A stretch of 64,000 nt of DNA from contig JAFTYW010000036.1 in assembly GCA_017461245.1 (NCBI GenBank), positions 17,829 to 81,828 on the forward strand. Direction: 5' to 3'. The notes beneath the pieces were generated by a model, which searched no databases, had not been told where the DNA came from, and worked only from the letters and a program-made list of their open reading frames with translations. Position numbers and translations under genes: made by a program. Every line of letters starts with the position of its first letter. The first letter of the stretch is position 1. The stretch comes from Oscillospiraceae bacterium (GTDB lineage Bacteria > Bacillota > Clostridia > Oscillospirales > Ruminococcaceae). Shown piece after piece: positions 11,101 to 17,126 of the stretch.

Positions 11101-14100
11101 GCTATCGGGAATTACTAATTCAGTAACAAGTTCACCATTGAGGTAAAGATTTTTTGCATAATTTAACGGGTTATTGCCAAAAGTGCCATACTCAATAGCG
11201 CACCACGCTGCAAGGTCGGAGATATCCACCCTTGTAAGAGCAGTACATTCATCAAAAGCTCCGGCTATGCTTGTTACGCCTTTTCCAATAGTTATGCTTG
11301 TAAGCGAGCTACAAGAATGGAATGCCCATTCATCTATGCTCATTACGCTATCGGGAAGCACAATGCTTTCAAGCGAGCTACAACCATAAAATGCAGAATT
11401 GCCAATGCTCGTAACACTATTTCCAATAGTTATATTTTTAAGTGAACTACATTCTTGGAATGCATGGTCTCCAATGCTCGTTACACCGTTTCTAATGGTT
11501 ACACTTTTAAGTGTGTCACAACCCAAAAAATAACTATCGATATTGGTTATACCACTTCCAATTACAACTGTTTCGAGTTTGGGGAAATTCCAGAAAGCAT
11601 CGCTAATACTGTCGAGGCTTGTTACTCCATCTCCAATTACTAAACTTGTAACAGAATCGCAACCAGAAAATGCACTATCTCCTATTTCTGTTACGCCGTC
11701 TCCAATTACTAGGCTTGTAACAGAATCGCAACCCATAAACGCAGTGTCTCCTATACTTGTTACGCTGTCAGGGATTATGATGCTTTTAAGTGATTCACAG
11801 GAGCAAAATGCATCATAACCTATACTTGTTACGCCTTCAGGAATTGTGACACTCTCAAGCGACTTGCAATCATAAAATGCATTGGCTCCGATGCTTGTAA
11901 CTCCTTTTCCAATGGTTACAGTTTCAAGATGATAGCAAAGAGAAAATGCATCATCGCCTATACTTTTTATACCATCAGAGATCGTAACACTTTTAAGGGA
12001 ATCGCAATGACAAAATGCCTCTGAGCCTATGCTTGTCACTGTATATCCATCTATAGTTGAAGGAATAACAACTGCAGATGCCGATTTGCTCCATCCTGTA
12101 ATTTCTATGGTGCCGTCAGCAAGCACAGAATAGGTAAACTCTGAGGGCAACAGACCATATTCCTGTCCGCAAGCATCACAAACAGGCTTCTCTGTATCTG
12201 TTACTGTTCCACCTATATGTGCTCCTGTTGCAGCAGTAGTCGTACCGGTTCCAGTCTGTGTGTTACAATTAAGGCACCAGATGTCTCCTGTATAACCGGT
12301 TGCACCACAAGTTGCCTCTGCAATGTTTCTGCGTTCGGTGCGGGTGTGAACTGTAGTGTCAACCTCGCCATATGACATACCACAATCAGTACATACTGCT
12401 TTTTCAATACAGGTAGCCGTTCCGCCTGTATGGTCAGCTGCTCCAAAGATTTCTCCGCAGGAGCAGGTGTAGAAATGCTGAGTGTCGTTAGTTTCAAACT
12501 TATCGTCTGCATCAACGTGCACGCCTGTGGCTTCAATAACTGTACCGGCCGAGAGCTGTGTTTCGCAAACAGTACACCAGGTATCGCCTGTATAGCCATT
12601 TTCAGAGCATGTTGCAGCTGTCGCATTTCTGATCTCTGTTATGTGAGAGTCGGTATATTCAGCACCGCAAATCTCACATACTGCCTTTTCGGTACAGGTA
12701 GCATCACCTATGTGACCGTTTGAACCGCAGGCATATTCCTCTAAAAAGCCTGTAGTGTCCTTTAAAATATGCATATTGCCAAAGTAAACAGTTCTGTTAT
12801 CCCAGTTATCTGTTTCGCTGCTTACTCTGAGCGCAAATCCAATTCTCTTTACAGCAGTGATCTCTGTTTTGAACGAGGTTGAGGGCACAATGATCCAGCC
12901 GTCAAAATTATACGGAATCGCAAGTGTTGTTCCGCTTTCAACGGTTGTTATACTGCTATCGTTGAAATCAACAAGCTTTACATTTGTAAGATCGGCAGGA
13001 TAACCGTTAGCCTCATTCACGCCGCAATGCAATGACAATGTAGAGGTTGTGTCTGCGCTGCCGCCTGTCATCTTAAAGCGGATAGCTATAGCGTTATAGT
13101 CTGCCACATCAAAATGAAGTGCTTCAAGAGTCTGCTCACCGTAAAGCTGTCCCTCATATGTTCCGCCCGTTACTGTATTATCTGCATTAGCATTAAAGTT
13201 AACGCCAAGCTCATAGGTTGCGGGAAGGAAGGTTATATTATAGTTCTTTGCGCCCGCTGTTGCAAAGCTTAAGGTGTCATCCAAGGTCTTAGTAAAGAAA
13301 TTCTCGCCGTTTAAGGTTACACTGGTAAAACGGCTAAAATAATCTGCTGTTGTCCATCTTGTAAGACCCCAATAATAGCCCGCTCCTTTAGGTTTATCCC
13401 AGCCGGCATTGTTATAGCAAATAAAGCTATCATCGCTCGGCTCTGGAACTGTGAATATGGGTTTGTCATTTGTTACTGTTGCATCAAGCTCACCATAAGA
13501 TGCTCCACACACCTCACAGACCGCCAGTCTGATTTCGGTCGCAGTTCCGCCTGTGTGGTCAGCCACATCAAGCTTTCCGCCGCAGGAGCAGGAATGGTAG
13601 TGCTGGGTCTCGTCATAAGACCATTCGCTGCTTACGTCGATATGATTATCAGTGTCTAATTCGCCGTATGATACACCACAAACAGAACAAACTGCCTTTT
13701 CCTTACAGGTTGCAGCTTTGCCTGTGTGATCAGCTACATCAAAGGTCTCGCCGCAGGAGCAGGTATAGAAATGCTGGGTATCGCTTGTTTCAAGCTTACC
13801 GTCTACATCAATGTGCTCACCGGTCGACTCAACGACCTTACCTGTTGAAAGCTGGGTATTACAGTCAAGACACCAGGTATCTCCTGTGTAGCCGTCCTGT
13901 GTGCAGGATACCTGTGTTACGTTTCTGATCTCGGTGTTGGGGTGGGTCGTGCCGTAGGACTCTCCGCAAACCTCACATACCGCCTTTTCGGTACAGGTCG
14001 CAGTTCCGCCTGTATGGCCTACCGCGCCGCAAACGTGAACGCTCTTAAACTGTTTTTCATCTTCAAATACTACAATGTCACCAAGATAGAGGATCTTGTC

Positions 14101-15903
14101 GTCCCAACCATCGATACTATGGGACTTACTATCGTGGCAAGGAGTTTCAGCATTGATTCCATTATGCATATAGAGATGAACGGAAAGTGAGCCATTACTG
14201 CTGCTACCGTTAGTAATATTGTCCTTGCCGTAAATGTCAAGAGGAACAACTACCCATCCATCAAAAGCGCCCTCAAAGATATAGTCTTTAGAGTTCCAGT
14301 TTTTCCAACTGTCAGGAGTACTGACGGCACCTGTTGCCTTATCGATCATATAGGCAGTGCCCAAAGTAGAGGTCATATTTCTTGCATTGATATAGAGATA
14401 AAAGCCGCTTGTTTTATTGTTCTCGTCCTCAATCTTAATTCTGATTGCCATATAATTAAGATCAGTTCTATCAATAGAGCTGTGGAGTCCTGAGGTGCTA
14501 ACAGAACCGTATGTAATAGCATCAGCTAAAACAGCCTGGTTTACGCAAGATGTTATCTCTTCGTTCTTGTCGAACTCGATAAAGGTTTCTTTGTTTCCCT
14601 TTGCATCGGCAAACTCTCTTATATGCAGAGCAGCTTCGTTCTGACCCTTCATATATGTGGTTTCATCATTATAGTACTTACAGAGTGTACCACTGCTTGA
14701 AGGCCAGCCAAGCTCTTGTATTCCAGCAGGTGAGATGTTCGCTTTGTATGTGATATATGGATTCTTTGTGATGTCATCATAGACATTCATAAAGTAGCTT
14801 GCGCTATCGCCCTTATGTGTGCTGTAAGGAGAGGTCCATATTTCTTTAGATGCAATTTTTGTACCGCCCACATACTTTGCATATATGGTATACTTAGTAT
14901 CTTTTTCAAGATCCGTAAGTGTTGCATTAAATGCGTCAAGCGCAAGCCAAGCGCTATCCCCTGCATCTTTATCGAGCGAGAAAACAGCGTCAGCATCTGT
15001 GCTGGTTACTGTGATGCTATTATCTGTAGAAGTCAGTTCAAATGACGGCATTCCCATAACGGTCTTTCTGAATGCATCAGCGTCCTTGACTATCATCATA
15101 TCGCCGAAATAAACACTTCTATTGTCCCAGTTATCAGTTTCAGAATTTACCATAAATCTGGGCGCAACTCTTTTAACCGCGTCAATTGTTGTTGAAAACG
15201 CGCTTGAGGGCACTATGATCCAGCCATCAAAGTTATAAGGAATGCTTATTGTTGTAGCGCCGTCAGCAACAGTTGTTGTTTCATTGCTGTTTAAATCAAT
15301 AAGCTGTGTACCTGTGACGGCAGGCGCATTTCCCGTGCCTGTACCAAAATACAATTCCATAGTAGAGGCAGTTGTTTCCAAGCCGCCTGTCATCTTAAAG
15401 CGCAAAGCTATGTAATTGTAATCAGCAGCATTGCTGTAAAGCGCACTGATAGCCTGTTCACCGTAGAGTTCACCAGCATAGGTTCCTCCCTCTACAGTAT
15501 TATTCGCATTAGCGCTAAAATTAACATTGAGCTCATAGGTTACAGGAAGAAATGTAAGTCTATGATTTGTTGCTCCTGTTGTAGCAAAGCTACCTGCGTC
15601 ACCAAATGTGTACTTAAAAAAGTTTTCACCATTTTCGGTTACACTGGTTGTGTACCTAAAAATTCCTCCGGCTCCTTCAGATGTTGTCCATCTGCCAACA
15701 CCCCAATGATAACCGTTGGCTTCGGTCGCTCCGGAGGGACGCGAGTTGTTGTACGAAATATATCCGTCCACACCCTCGTCAGGAACAGTAAAGATGGTTG
15801 CAGCATTTTCAGTTGTTTCTACTGTGGCCGCAAAAACCGAAAAAGGAATTGCGTTAAGCAGCAGAACTACACTAAGAATAACTGCCAGAATTTTCTTCTT
15901 CAT
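2146..15903 (-). CDS. Giant (4,585 aa) secreted multi-repeat surface/adhesin-like protein with BspA-type LRR arrays, Cys-rich repeats and prealbumin-like repeats
   Basis: An uninterrupted 13,758-nt ORF with SD AAGGAGAGG before the ATG. Sec signal peptide MKKKILAVILSVVLLLNAIPFSVFA/ATVE. The modular repeat structure is described in the sub-features and findings. I saw no LPXTG, SLH, dockerin or C-terminal TM segment. Confidence 0.95.
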   Translation of the reverse strand: MKKKILAVILSVVLLLNAIPFSVFAATVETTENAATIFTVPDEGVDGYISYNNSRPSGATEANGYHWGVGRWTTSEGAGGIFRYTTSVTENGENFFKYTFGDAGSFATTGATNHRLTFLPVTYELNVNFSANANNTVEGGTYAGELYGEQAISALYSNAADYNYIALRFKMTGGLETTASTMELYFGTGTGNAPAVTGTQLIDLNSNETTTVADGATTISIPYNFDGWIIVPSSAFSTTIDAVKRVAPRFMVNSETDNWDNRSVYFGDMMIVKDADAFRKTVMGMPSFELTSTDNSITVTSTDADAVFSLDKDAGDSAWLALDAFNATLTDLEKDTKYTIYAKYVGGTKIASKEIWTSPYSTHKGDSASYFMNVYDDITKNPYITYKANISPAGIQELGWPSSSGTLCKYYNDETTYMKGQNEAALHIREFADAKGNKETFIEFDKNEEITSCVNQAVLADAITYGSVSTSGLHSSIDRTDLNYMAIRIKIEDENNKTSGFYLYINARNMTSTLGTAYMIDKATGAVSTPDSWKNWNSKDYIFEGAFDGWVVVPLDIYGKDNITNGSSSNGSLSVHLYMHNGINAETPCHDSKSHSIDGWDDKILYLGDIVVFEDEKQFKSVHVCGAVGHTGGTATCTEKAVCEVCGESYGTTHPNTEIRNVTQVSCTQDGYTGDTWCLDCNTQLSTGKVVESTGEHIDVDGKLETSDTQHFYTCSCGETFDVADHTGKAATCKEKAVCSVCGVSYGELDTDNHIDVSSEWSYDETQHYHSCSCGGKLDVADHTGGTATEIRLAVCEVCGASYGELDATVTNDKPIFTVPEPSDDSFICYNNAGWDKPKGAGYYWGLTRWTTADYFSRFTSVTLNGENFFTKTLDDTLSFATAGAKNYNITFLPATYELGVNFNANADNTVTGGTYEGQLYGEQTLEALHFDVADYNAIAIRFKMTGGSADTTSTLSLHCGVNEANGYPADLTNVKLVDFNDSSITTVESGTTLAIPYNFDGWIIVPSTSFKTEITAVKRIGFALRVSSETDNWDNRTVYFGNMHILKDTTGFLEEYACGSNGHIGDATCTEKAVCEICGAEYTDSHITEIRNATAATCSENGYTGDTWCTVCETQLSAGTVIEATGVHVDADDKFETNDTQHFYTCSCGEIFGAADHTGGTATCIEKAVCTDCGMSYGEVDTTVHTRTERRNIAEATCGATGYTGDIWCLNCNTQTGTGTTTAATGAHIGGTVTDTEKPVCDACGQEYGLLPSEFTYSVLADGTIEITGWSKSASAVVIPSTIDGYTVTSIGSEAFCHCDSLKSVTISDGIKSIGDDAFSLCYHLETVTIGKGVTSIGANAFYDCKSLESVTIPEGVTSIGYDAFCSCESLKSIIIPDSVTSIGDTAFMGCDSVTSLVIGDGVTEIGDSAFSGCDSVTSLVIGDGVTSLDSISDAFWNFPKLETVVIGSGITNIDSYFLGCDTLKSVTIRNGVTSIGDHAFQECSSLKNITIGNSVTSIGNSAFYGCSSLESIVLPDSVMSIDEWAFHSCSSLTSITIGKGVTSIAGAFDECTALTRVDISDLAAWCAIEYGTFGNNPLNYAKNLYLNGELVTELVIPDSVTTINACAFEGCTSFTSVVLPNTVTSIGEYAFLGCTAITDVWYNGTKADKENITFGASNDYLLNATWHYLNEYTYNVLEDGTIEITDYTGSETELTIPSTIDGYKVTAIGNNAFSYCESLTSVTIPDGVTSIGDSAFLHCNSLTSITIPDSVISIGVEAFVGCTSLTSVTIPDSVTSIERLAFDGCTSLTSVTLPNGITHLSDDLFEFCTSLTSITIPDSVTSIGWQVFEGCSSLENIIIPDGVTSIGGGLFVYCSALTSIIIPDGVTEIAVTTFNGCSSLKSITIPASVTSVGEYAFSECVSLTDVWYGGTEAQKAEIYIYEDSDNNNLLNATWHYNTCTGEHTYSGDCDSTCNNCDWTREATGAHTGGTATETEKAICEVCGASYGELLTVEFEVTSTETSITVSSTKTGLVYSLDKDAAEENWLSLEAFNATLTSLPKDVKYTIYAKYPESTNIVSKEVWTAPYSTHKGDGASYFMNVYDDISAHPYLAWNESLLGKRDMGWPGSYALAKNEDGTHTSTVSYSRLFLKNIHGETFIELDKCEVYPDGHEKAGTDRGCVNQAFLVNSITYNGGIANLNGATETEAGLHSSIDRTNLNYVGIRVKIDELNDENKKSSFFLWSGVNLDGSITSNRLIQDLSEAYLIDKVTGAVIDPEWTGYNLVFTGEFDGWVVFPMSASDGVTYGSETYDGKTIWTESVASIQIFMHDESTCADTHLFDDSVSDWDNKILYLGDIVVFSDKEQFNSVHAVAFADVVHSGGTATCSKKAVCTICGEEYGEFDTTAHGTNTEIRDAVDATCVDDGYTGDTWCIDCNTQIATGTVISAIGEHTGGTATCINKAVCALCGEEYGEVDTTNHANTEIRDAADATCVDGGYTGDTWCLDCNTKIATGSTIAATGVHTGGTATETEKAICDVCGEAYGELKPALVNHKNIFTVPEPGDDGNISYNNTGWNKPQGTGYYWGMARWTTTEKATAKFYNQDSVDVNGEYMFKTEVTEEQVAQVTYLPVTYELNVCYNATADNTAAGGTYEGELYGVQPISALYSDAADYNYVAIRHKIVGDTETPAYIHVGTTNANTGKCDWQNVVLINYTDNTCITITESSTTYNIPANFDGWIIVPQSQFYNSTAIENVTAVGFRYLSDTNGKTFYTGDMKIVKALDEFKGDYTGCENGKHTGGTATCSKKAVCAVCGEEYGELDTTAHGTNTEIRDQLAATCLENGYSGDTWCLDCNTIIEEGNIVPLLGHGPNTAIKGRIEATCGEDGYTGDTWCYDCNTVIETGTTIAATGAHSGGTATCINKAVCTVCGTSYGELDASAHGTNTEIRDAVNATCVDEGYTGDTWCLDCNTVIETGTTIAATGEHTGGSATETQKAVCDVCGQEYGDYAVSSDYTYNVLEDGTIEITGYTGSETELTIPSTIDGYKVTGIGNEAFYRCDSLTSITIPDGVTSIGGGTFGECSSLVSITIPDSVTSIGNGVFLNCFALTSVIIPDSVTSIGVSVFYNCSSLTSITIPDSVTGIGDYAFYNCSSLTSITIPDSVTTIGSDAFGGCYSLTSIVIPEAVTAIYDNTFYGCYSLTSITIPDGVTSIGDSAFEGCSALKDITIPDSVTSIGDFAFCECSAFKDITIPDSVTGIGDYAFCNCTSLTSITISNSVTTIGEYAFSECVSLTDVWYDGTEADKENITFGTDNEYLLNATWHYNTCIGEHTYSGDCDSSCNNCGWTRTVEVDHTYDNACDAVCNACGNTREVSGHTGGNATCSKQAVCEVCGVSYGELDAANHGTNTELRNAVEETCGADGYTGNVVCKDCGTILEKGTVISATGAHTGGTATETEKAVCEVCGASYGNYSNEADFEYTILANGTAEITGYIGDATEVIIPPSLDGHKVTSIGVAAFYNNDSITKVVIPNGVTILNSQAFYECTALAQVVIPNSVKTVDDFAFYGCTSLKRVTIPNSVTSMGVAVFENCSSLITVKLSSKLDNISASLFSNCPNLTSIVIPEAVTTIYDNAFYGCSALTQLTLPDSVEYIYYSAFTGCSSLDNVVIPENTVLESAAELFPLTTVLMVYENSPAHNYAVEFDHPYHVINKTENPDVSYGTSVGGTVKYTDGTAATGLTVQMVYADGKVKETVTTDATGKFSFTYVEIGDYTIKVTDVNGNSASSKISVKRMNDTDVFVEGDVELKLEKSYSISGTVSEGNSKVTVTDENGNVIVSVTTDANGNFTIDNLPNGSYVITAETENGSVTQEITVHNGTVTDITLEIPAESATIWGYVEIEDRDKGHNRRKWIQVTLYNQDGVAVAQCKSNSQGEYRFENVPLGNYSIVAETAEMRPDKKHGFDRNHALKGYAYVTVEAVGLIQAETIVLYEENDHLATVAGKVTAQGEAQISEVILRDVFYNEIARCTTTNNGKYVFKNVRDGMYFVTAITESYGMSFAVVVVRDGKVYGNTDIFVKKSDKIKDREDKFKNDIPELKDRNEAANYRDRIAEEKRHYDALSDKEKKQLSKEYVDRLNKYLEWLSNVTYNAVTDNENEKVTVENGGLALSGDNIENKEEITFTINVTKTDGHTASTDGIKNEQDFIHHSMQDTAGEKEIKQYYEISMTKTSGDEETKITNVYKDTGAKGKFRITMDIPEEYRGYKHYNMLHVHNGEVVTLADLDDDPNTITFEVDRFSTFALTATDETLSVEGADLKFSGASLTLQDNLAINYKVKKSLFEENGYSDPYVKFVLNGKETVVSEYRVDGDKYIFDFTDIAPYQMNDTIYATLYANFGNTLNESETREYSVAEYCYNMLNKYSADAYAEFRTLLVDLLNYGAETQTYQSYRTDALVNASLTETQKAWGTAEDPTLESVMNKEYATIENPTVTWKGAGLNLRDSITLRFKLYAENIQNLTVKITTEDGEKWTIKSREFEKTEDNYYVYFDCLSAAQMSEAVYVTVYNGDVAVSNTICYSIESYAYTKQNDEDENLSKLVKAMMKYGNSACVYYELINQ
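3775..4830 (-). repeat. Four tandem prealbumin / CarboxypepD_reg-like (Cna-B-like) beta-sandwich repeats inside the giant CDS
   Basis: Each unit carries G(T/K)V...(D/N)xxGxxxxxxxV.L......T(T/D)xxGxFxFxN(V/L)xxGxYxI, for example GTVKYTDGTAATGLTVQMVYADGKVKETVTTDATGKFSFTYVEIGDYTIKV. Confidence 0.7.
4860..5575 (-). repeat. LRR array 4 (BspA/LRR_5-type, about 23-aa / 69-nt period) inside the giant CDS
   Basis: Repeats of the form IPNSVTSxGxxAFxxCSSLxxVxI following ...FEYTILANGTAEITGYIGDATEVIIPPSLDGHKVTSIG. Confidence 0.8.
5575..6010 (-). repeat. Cys-rich repeat block V inside the giant CDS
   Basis: EHTYSGDCDSSCNNCGWTR, DHTYDNACDAVCNACGNTRE, GHTGGNATCSKQAVCEVCGVSYGE, TELRNAVEETCGADGYTGNVVCKDCGT, AHTGGTATETEKAVCEVCGASYG. 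Confidence 0.8.
6030..6950 (-). repeat. LRR array 3 (about 12 units, 69-nt period) inside the giant CDS
   Basis: IPDSVT(S/G)IG(D/N)xAFxxC(S/T)SLTSITI units. The array ends with ...VWYDGTEADKENITFGTDNEYLLNATWHY. Confidence 0.85.
6958..7610 (-). repeat. Cys-rich repeat block IV inside the giant CDS
   Basis: Alternating HTGG(T/S)ATCxxKAVCxxCGxxYGE and TEIRDxxxATCxxxGY(T/S)GDTWCxDCNTxIExG units. Confidence 0.8.
8312..8850 (-). repeat. Cys-rich repeat block III inside the giant CDS
   Basis: VHSGGTATCSKKAVCTICGEEYGE, TEIRDAVDATCVDDGYTGDTWCIDCNTQI, EHTGGTATCINKAVCALCGEEYGE, TEIRDAADATCVDGGYTGDTWCLDCNTKI, VHTGGTATETEKAICDVCGEAYGE. Confidence 0.8.
9935..10090 (-). repeat. Cys-rich repeat block VI (short) inside the giant CDS
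   Basis: NTCTGEHTYSGDCDSTCNNCDWTREATGAHTGGTATETEKAICEVCGASYGE. Confidence 0.75.
10110..10890 (-). repeat. LRR array 2 (69-nt period) inside the giant CDS
   Basis: The array starts at YTYNVLEDGTIEITDYTGSETELTIPSTIDGYKVTAIGNNAF and ends at ...LLNATWHYNTC. Confidence 0.85.
10915..12150 (-). repeat. LRR array 1 (about 16 units, 69-nt period) inside the giant CDS
   Basis: The array starts at FTYSVLADGTIEITGWSKSASAVVIPSTIDGYTVTSIGSEAF. The run cttgtaacagaatcgcaacc recurs exactly 69 nt apart, at 11645 and 11714. Confidence 0.85.
12153..12735 (-). repeat. Cys-rich repeat block II inside the giant CDS
   Basis: GHIGDATCTEKAVCEICGAEY, TEIRNATAATCSENGYTGDTWCTVCETQL, DTQHFYTCSCGEIFGAADHTGGTATCIEKAVCTDCGMSYGE, TERRNIAEATCGATGYTGDIWCLNCNT, AHIGGTVTDTEKPVCDACGQEYG. 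Confidence 0.8.
13470..14045 (-). repeat. Cys-rich repeat block I inside the giant CDS
   Basis: GHTGGTATCTEKAVCEVCGESYG, TEIRNVTQVSCTQDGYTGDTWCLDCNTQL, DTQHFYTCSCGETFDVADHTGKAATCKEKAVCSVCGVSYGE, ETQHYHSCSCGGKLDVADHTGGTATEIRLAVCEVCGASYGE. Confidence 0.8.
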
Positions 15904-15958
15904 AAAACCTCTCCTTAAAGTAATTTTATTTTTAGAAAATAATACTCCATTCTTGTAA

Positions 15959-15986
15959 ATTATACTCCTTTTGGTTTAATTTGTAA
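15959..15986 (-). promoter_or_regulatory. Candidate promoter of the giant gene
   Basis: The minus strand reads TTACAA (15986-15981), a 16-nt spacer, then TATAAT (15964-15959), about 55 nt upstream of the ATG in a very AT-rich 220-nt intergenic region. Other AT-rich hexamers nearby could serve equally well. Confidence 0.35.
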
Positions 15987-16077
15987 ATATATTTTTTGTG
16001 ATATAATATATTTTCCATTCTGATAATTACAAAAATATTTACTATTTATAACAAAATCAGATGGTTGTGTTATATTT

Positions 16078-16112
16078 AACAAAATCGGCAGGCCCTAAAA
16101 ACAAGCCTGCCG
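16078..16112 (-). terminator. Intrinsic terminator after the sdpI-like gene
   Basis: Stem CGGCAGGC / GCCTGCCG (16086-16093 / 16105-16112), followed on the minus strand by ATTTTGTT. Confidence 0.7.
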
Positions 16113-16121
16113 AAATTGGTT

Positions 16122-16757
16122 TTATTTACTGTGTTTTTTGTAATGAATATAGGAGTACGCTATGGGAACTACAAGCGCAGCAGCGATAACAGGAAAGAAT
16201 ATAAATGGATTTTGCAAAAATGCAGTCAAAAGCGTTATTAGGCCCGCTATTACCATACAAAATCCTGCAAGGCGGTGGGTCTTGTTCCAGTTATCCTCGT
16301 CGTCTAGCGCCCATGGCACCTTTATGCCAAAGGTATAATTCTGTTTTGCTTTAGGGAGCAGATTTCCCATCACCACAAGCAAAGCGCCTATCAGCAACAG
16401 ACAAACAAAGCCGACATTTATATTTACTCCCAAAGCCATAGCGTAAATTACCGACATAACAACAAGCGACACCGACGGGATTATCCAAAAAACCATACCG
16501 AGCGGCTTTTTGCCTATGTTTTTGTGCTTTGGGTCAAGCGAGGTTACTACAAGGCAGAAAAGATGCAAAGCCGCCATAACAAGCGGAATACCGAAAACCG
16601 CAAAGCCTTTACTGCTCCAGCCGTTTGCATTATTATCTATACCGAAATGGGTTGCAATGGTTTCGGGCAGTTTATCCCAAAGAATAAGTCCAACAAAGAT
16701 CGGCAAAAGAATTGCGAGCGTTGATATAACTGTTTTAAGCTTATTTTGTTTGATCAT
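16122..16757 (-). CDS. sdpI: SdpI/YhfL-family membrane immunity/signal-transduction protein (DUF1648 + SdpI domains)
   Basis: A polytopic membrane protein with ...HFGIDNNANGWSSK... and ...NYTFGIKVPWALDDEDNWNKTHRLAG... motifs typical of SdpI. I prefer the ATG at 16757 (MIKQNK...), which has SD GGAGGA 7 nt upstream, over the track start at 16772. Confidence 0.8.
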   Translation of the reverse strand: MIKQNKLKTVISTLAILLPIFVGLILWDKLPETIATHFGIDNNANGWSSKGFAVFGIPLVMAALHLFCLVVTSLDPKHKNIGKKPLGMVFWIIPSVSLVVMSVIYAMALGVNINVGFVCLLLIGALLVVMGNLLPKAKQNYTFGIKVPWALDDEDNWNKTHRLAGFCMVIAGLITLLTAFLQNPFIFFPVIAAALVVPIAYSYIHYKKHSK

Positions 16758-17025
16758 CGTTTTTTCCTCCATTCAGCTCTGAAATCCAGAGCATAATCTC
16801 TTCAAGCACCGAGGCATTAAGCTCATAGTAAATGAACTTTCCCTCCCGTTTATCTGAAACGAGGTCCGCCTCTTTTAAGACCGAAAGGTGCCTTGAAACT
16901 GCGGCGCCGCTGACCTCAAAACGATCGGTTATCTCCCCTGCTGACATTCTGCCCTTTTTGAGCATATTTAATATTTCACGCCTTACAGGGTCAGCAAGCG
17001 CTCTCAACGTTTGTTGCAGGCTCAT
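16741..17025 (-). CDS. sdpR: ArsR-family autorepressor, SdpR type
   Basis: 94 aa. LRALADPVRREILNMLKKGRMSAGEITDRFEVSGAAVSRHLSVLKEADLV is a classic ArsR wHTH. It overlaps the sdpI-like gene. Confidence 0.85.
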   Translation of the reverse strand: MSLQQTLRALADPVRREILNMLKKGRMSAGEITDRFEVSGAAVSRHLSVLKEADLVSDKREGKFIYYELNASVLEEIMLWISELNGGKNDDQTK

Positions 17026-17044
17026 TTTTTCTCCTCCTCATTTA

Positions 17045-17097
17045 ACATTTAACTTAATTGTTAAATGTATTATATGCTATTATAACAATTTTGTCAA
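17045..17097 (-). promoter_or_regulatory. Consensus promoter plus 9-bp perfect palindromic operator of sdpR-sdpI
   Basis: The minus strand reads TTGACA (17097-17092), a 17-nt spacer, then TATAAT (17074-17069). Immediately after comes ACATTTAAC-N6-GTTAAATGT (17045-17068), between the -10 and the SD. Confidence 0.65.
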
Positions 17098-17126
17098 CAG
17101 TTTGTTATAAAAAAATCGAAAAAAAC

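Noticed and set aside
4860-12150. Regular 69-nt periodicity that could superficially look like a CRISPR array.
   Set aside because: The repeats are imperfect and contiguous, with no unique spacers. They are in frame within a long ORF, encode 23-aa LRR units, and no cas genes are present.
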